A stretch of 64,000 bases of DNA. It comes from an uncultured Kiritimatiellota bacterium. Lineage in GTDB: Bacteria > Verrucomicrobiota > Kiritimatiellia > RFP12 > DVOR01. The DNA lies in contig CALXSF010000004.1 of the NCBI GenBank assembly GCA_944391055.1, positions 97,374 through 161,373 on the forward strand, written 5' to 3'. The notes beneath the pieces were generated by a model. That model saw only the letters and a list, made by a program, of their open reading frames with translations. It did no database searches and was not told where the DNA came from. A program made the translations under genes and the position numbers. Positions 61,981 to 64,000 of the stretch are shown piece after piece; within the stretch, counting starts at the first letter, position 1; every line of letters begins with the position of its first letter.

Positions 61981-64000
61981 TCTCTTCCAAGCCAGCGGCC
62001 GTCGAGGGGGTTGTAGTGGCGGTAGTTGTAGTAGACGAGAGCGAGGGCGTCGTCGTGGAACTCGGAGGAGAAGCGGAAGGGATTGTCGGCGGCGCGGGAG
62101 CCGGCGGCGGCGACGGCACCGAAGGGGGCGTAGTCGTAGTTGGCGACGGGCTCATTGAAGGGGCCGACGGTGACGACGTCGGTCACGTTCTTGTTGCCGT
62201 CGTGGAGGAGGAAGGTGGCGCGTTTGGCGTTTTGGCGGAAACAGAGGGGACGGGTCGCGACGGGCTCGGTGGGATCCCAGATGAATTCCTTGTAGACGTT
62301 CCACGGGCTGTTGGAGAAGAGCTGCTGGACGCAGAGGTAGCCGTTGTAAAGGAACTTGGTGTAGGTAATCTGGCGGTTGCCGGCCATCTCCTTGTGGAAG
62401 ACGCGCCGACCGAGGCGGTCGTAACCCATCGTGACGACCGTGTTCCCCTGCGTCCAGCGGATGGGGCGGTTCTCGGCGTTGTATTCCACCGCCCACACGC
62501 CCGTGTCGGTGAGCACCTTGGTCTGATTGCCGTCGGCGTCGTATTCCGGCTCGAAGGCGTCGATGGCGGTGTATTGGTTGAGGGCGTTGGCGGCGTACGC
62601 CCGCCCCTCGGCCACGGTGCGGTTGCCGATGTCGTCGTAAGCATAGGAACGGGCGTCGGCGGAGGTCAACTGGTCGCGGAAGTCGTAGCCATACTGCTCG
62701 TCATTCTTGGAGACACGGCGGCCGAGGAGGTCGTTGGCGTAGACATACGTGCTGAGAGTCGTCCCGTCGGGGAGGCTGTTGGTGACGGCGGTCAGCAGGT
62801 CGCGCCCCGGCTCATACGCCCATTCCACCGTGAGGCCGTTGGGATAGGTCAGCCTGGCCTTGAGGTCGGAGCCGGGCAGGTAGGCCCAGGCGAAGGCGCC
62901 GCCCTCGTTCATCGTGGCGAGGCGCCCGGTGGCGGGGTCGTAACCCAAGGTCATCCGACGGCTGCCGTTCACGGAATAGCCCGCGTCGCGCCCGTAGGCG
63001 TCGAAGTGATGCGTGAGCGTCTTGGCGTACTCGCCCGTGATGGACTCCGTCTCCAGCTCGCCGTAGGCATTATAGCCAAAGGTGGTGGTGCCCACCGCGT
63101 CCGTCGCCTGCGCCTGACGGCCAAAGACGTCATAAACATAGCCCACCGCCGGCGTGCCGTCCGAGTACGTCTGCGACACAAGGTCGCCGTAGACATTGTA
63201 GGCGTAGGTTGTCACGTTGCCGCGCGCGTCCGTGCGCGTCGCCACCTGGCCAAGGTCGGTGAGCGTGTAGGCCACGCCATGGCCGTCGGCATACGTCTTC
63301 GAGAGCAAGGCCCCCGTGGCCTCATCGTAAGCCCACGTCGTCGAGTCGCCCTCGCCGGAAGCCTCGTCGCGGAAGGTCGTCATGCCCACCTTCTGCCCGA
63401 ACAGGTCATAATCATACACCACGGGATAGACGGCGCCACCCTCGTAGGTCTTGTTGCCGCGCACGTCGTATTCATAGACCGTCACGTTGCCAAGGGCGTT
63501 GGTGACGGCGCAGACGCGCCCCGCCTCGTCATAACCATAGGCCGTCGTCGCCCCCACGGCGTCCGTCACCGAGGCCAGGCGCCCGCGCGCGTCATACGCC
63601 CGCGCCGTCACGTTCCCGCGGCCGTCCGTCTCCGCCACCACGCGCAGATACTTGTCATAGGCCGTCGAGTTGGTCACGCACGAAGCGCTCACCGTCTGCA
63701 CCGTCACCCCATCGAGCGCCACCTCCACCGATGGGTTGCCCACCCCAGGGAAGGTCGTCGTCACCGTCCGCCACGCGCCCTCCTCCTCAATCACCGTCTC
63801 CGTCTCATTTCCGCGCACGTCCGTGGACACCTGGCTCAGGCCCTCCGCGTCCACGCGCACCGACTGCGTCAGGTTCGAGACCGCGACGACCGTCTCCAGC
63901 CACGGCTCGCCGTCGACGAGGACATAGGCCGTCGCCGTCTCCCGCGGCAGACGCGCGCCTACCTGCTCGGAGACGCGGTCGCCCCACGCGTCGTAGACGT
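61368..64000 (-). CDS. Rhs repeat protein (3' end of the gene; N-terminus lies beyond the window) with an HExxH metallopeptidase-like C-terminal toxin domain
   Basis: Frame is open to the window edge with YD repeats (YDAWGDRVSEQ...). The core ends ...RWLGRD, then a low-GC tip containing QILAHERTHINIY. Confidence 0.85.
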   Translation of the reverse strand, partial: VYDAWGDRVSEQVGARLPRETATAYVLVDGEPWLETVVAVSNLTQSVRVDAEGLSQVSTDVRGNETETVIEEEGAWRTVTTTFPGVGNPSVEVALDGVTVQTVSASCVTNSTAYDKYLRVVAETDGRGNVTARAYDARGRLASVTDAVGATTAYGYDEAGRVCAVTNALGNVTVYEYDVRGNKTYEGGAVYPVVYDYDLFGQKVGMTTFRDEASGEGDSTTWAYDEATGALLSKTYADGHGVAYTLTDLGQVATRTDARGNVTTYAYNVYGDLVSQTYSDGTPAVGYVYDVFGRQAQATDAVGTTTFGYNAYGELETESITGEYAKTLTHHFDAYGRDAGYSVNGSRRMTLGYDPATGRLATMNEGGAFAWAYLPGSDLKARLTYPNGLTVEWAYEPGRDLLTAVTNSLPDGTTLSTYVYANDLLGRRVSKNDEQYGYDFRDQLTSADARSYAYDDIGNRTVAEGRAYAANALNQYTAIDAFEPEYDADGNQTKVLTDTGVWAVEYNAENRPIRWTQGNTVVTMGYDRLGRRVFHKEMAGNRQITYTKFLYNGYLCVQQLFSNSPWNVYKEFIWDPTEPVATRPLCFRQNAKRATFLLHDGNKNVTDVVTVGPFNEPVANYDYAPFGAVAAAGSRAADNPFRFSSEFHDDALALVYYNYRHYNPLDGRWLGRDVEDYSDNLYSFVDNSPLSQYDRRGLKKFEYASEITWADFQGTIPSYETRNGRVAETVLAQPYMSINEADIDFSIVSSDTDCICVQAIATRAKWIFYFLEDKSWATEEAKQSWQILAHERTHINIYLNAYKRSSLPMVSVCATTYDGAKAKALKSLQTERDELRKTAWDRQNERNLTFDEETNHGQNMGSEQEWEENVYSEMYW
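61980..63761 (-). repeat. 1.78-kb direct repeat B (Rhs core), near-identical to 58299-60080
   Basis: See repeat A; constant offset of 3681 nt. Confidence 0.85.

Overview
This is a 64-kb chromosomal segment at roughly 70% GC, densely packed with housekeeping genes. The gene content and the very divergent FtsZ suggest a PVC-superphylum-like bacterium, but that is only an inference.

Backbone genes I can support from the sequence: carB; a GspE/PilB secretion ATPase; nadB preceded by a class-I fumarase-alpha-like gene; a HydE-like radical-SAM gene coupled to a D-aminoacylase-type amidohydrolase and an SPFH protein; two tandem GH29 alpha-L-fucosidases; a CPA2 antiporter fused to a PTS EIIA(Ntr) domain; a MurC/Mpl-family ligase; a NUDIX-BirA fusion; the run ilvE-ilvB-ilvH-aroE-pilD-folB; argG; gyrA; rarA; nnr; prmA; the cell-division cluster ddl-ftsQ-ftsA-ftsZ; dtd; recJ; and a tmRNA.

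Accessory or decayed material:
- an IS30-family transposase remnant upstream of carB;
- a GmrSD-type (DUF262/DUF1524) type IV restriction gene broken by a single -1 frameshift, lying in a decayed stretch just 5' of the tmRNA;
- most strikingly, a stacked Rhs (YD-repeat) polymorphic-toxin array at the 3' end (56.4-64.0 kb).

The Rhs array has two near-identical 1.78-kb GC-rich core repeats, each capped by a different low-GC C-terminal toxin cassette. One cassette carries a HExxH metallopeptidase-like tip and the other an unclassified tip. A third, degraded core fragment lies further downstream. Each cassette is followed by small low-GC genes, including two paralogs of an unclassified Cys/His-motif family. 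These are the best candidates for an undescribed toxin/immunity pair.

A recurring regulatory signal is an extended -10 box (TGnTATAAT) placed 6-9 nt before start codons, which implies leaderless mRNAs at about eight genes. The many long antisense ORFs, up to 1879 aa, are artefacts of the high GC content.
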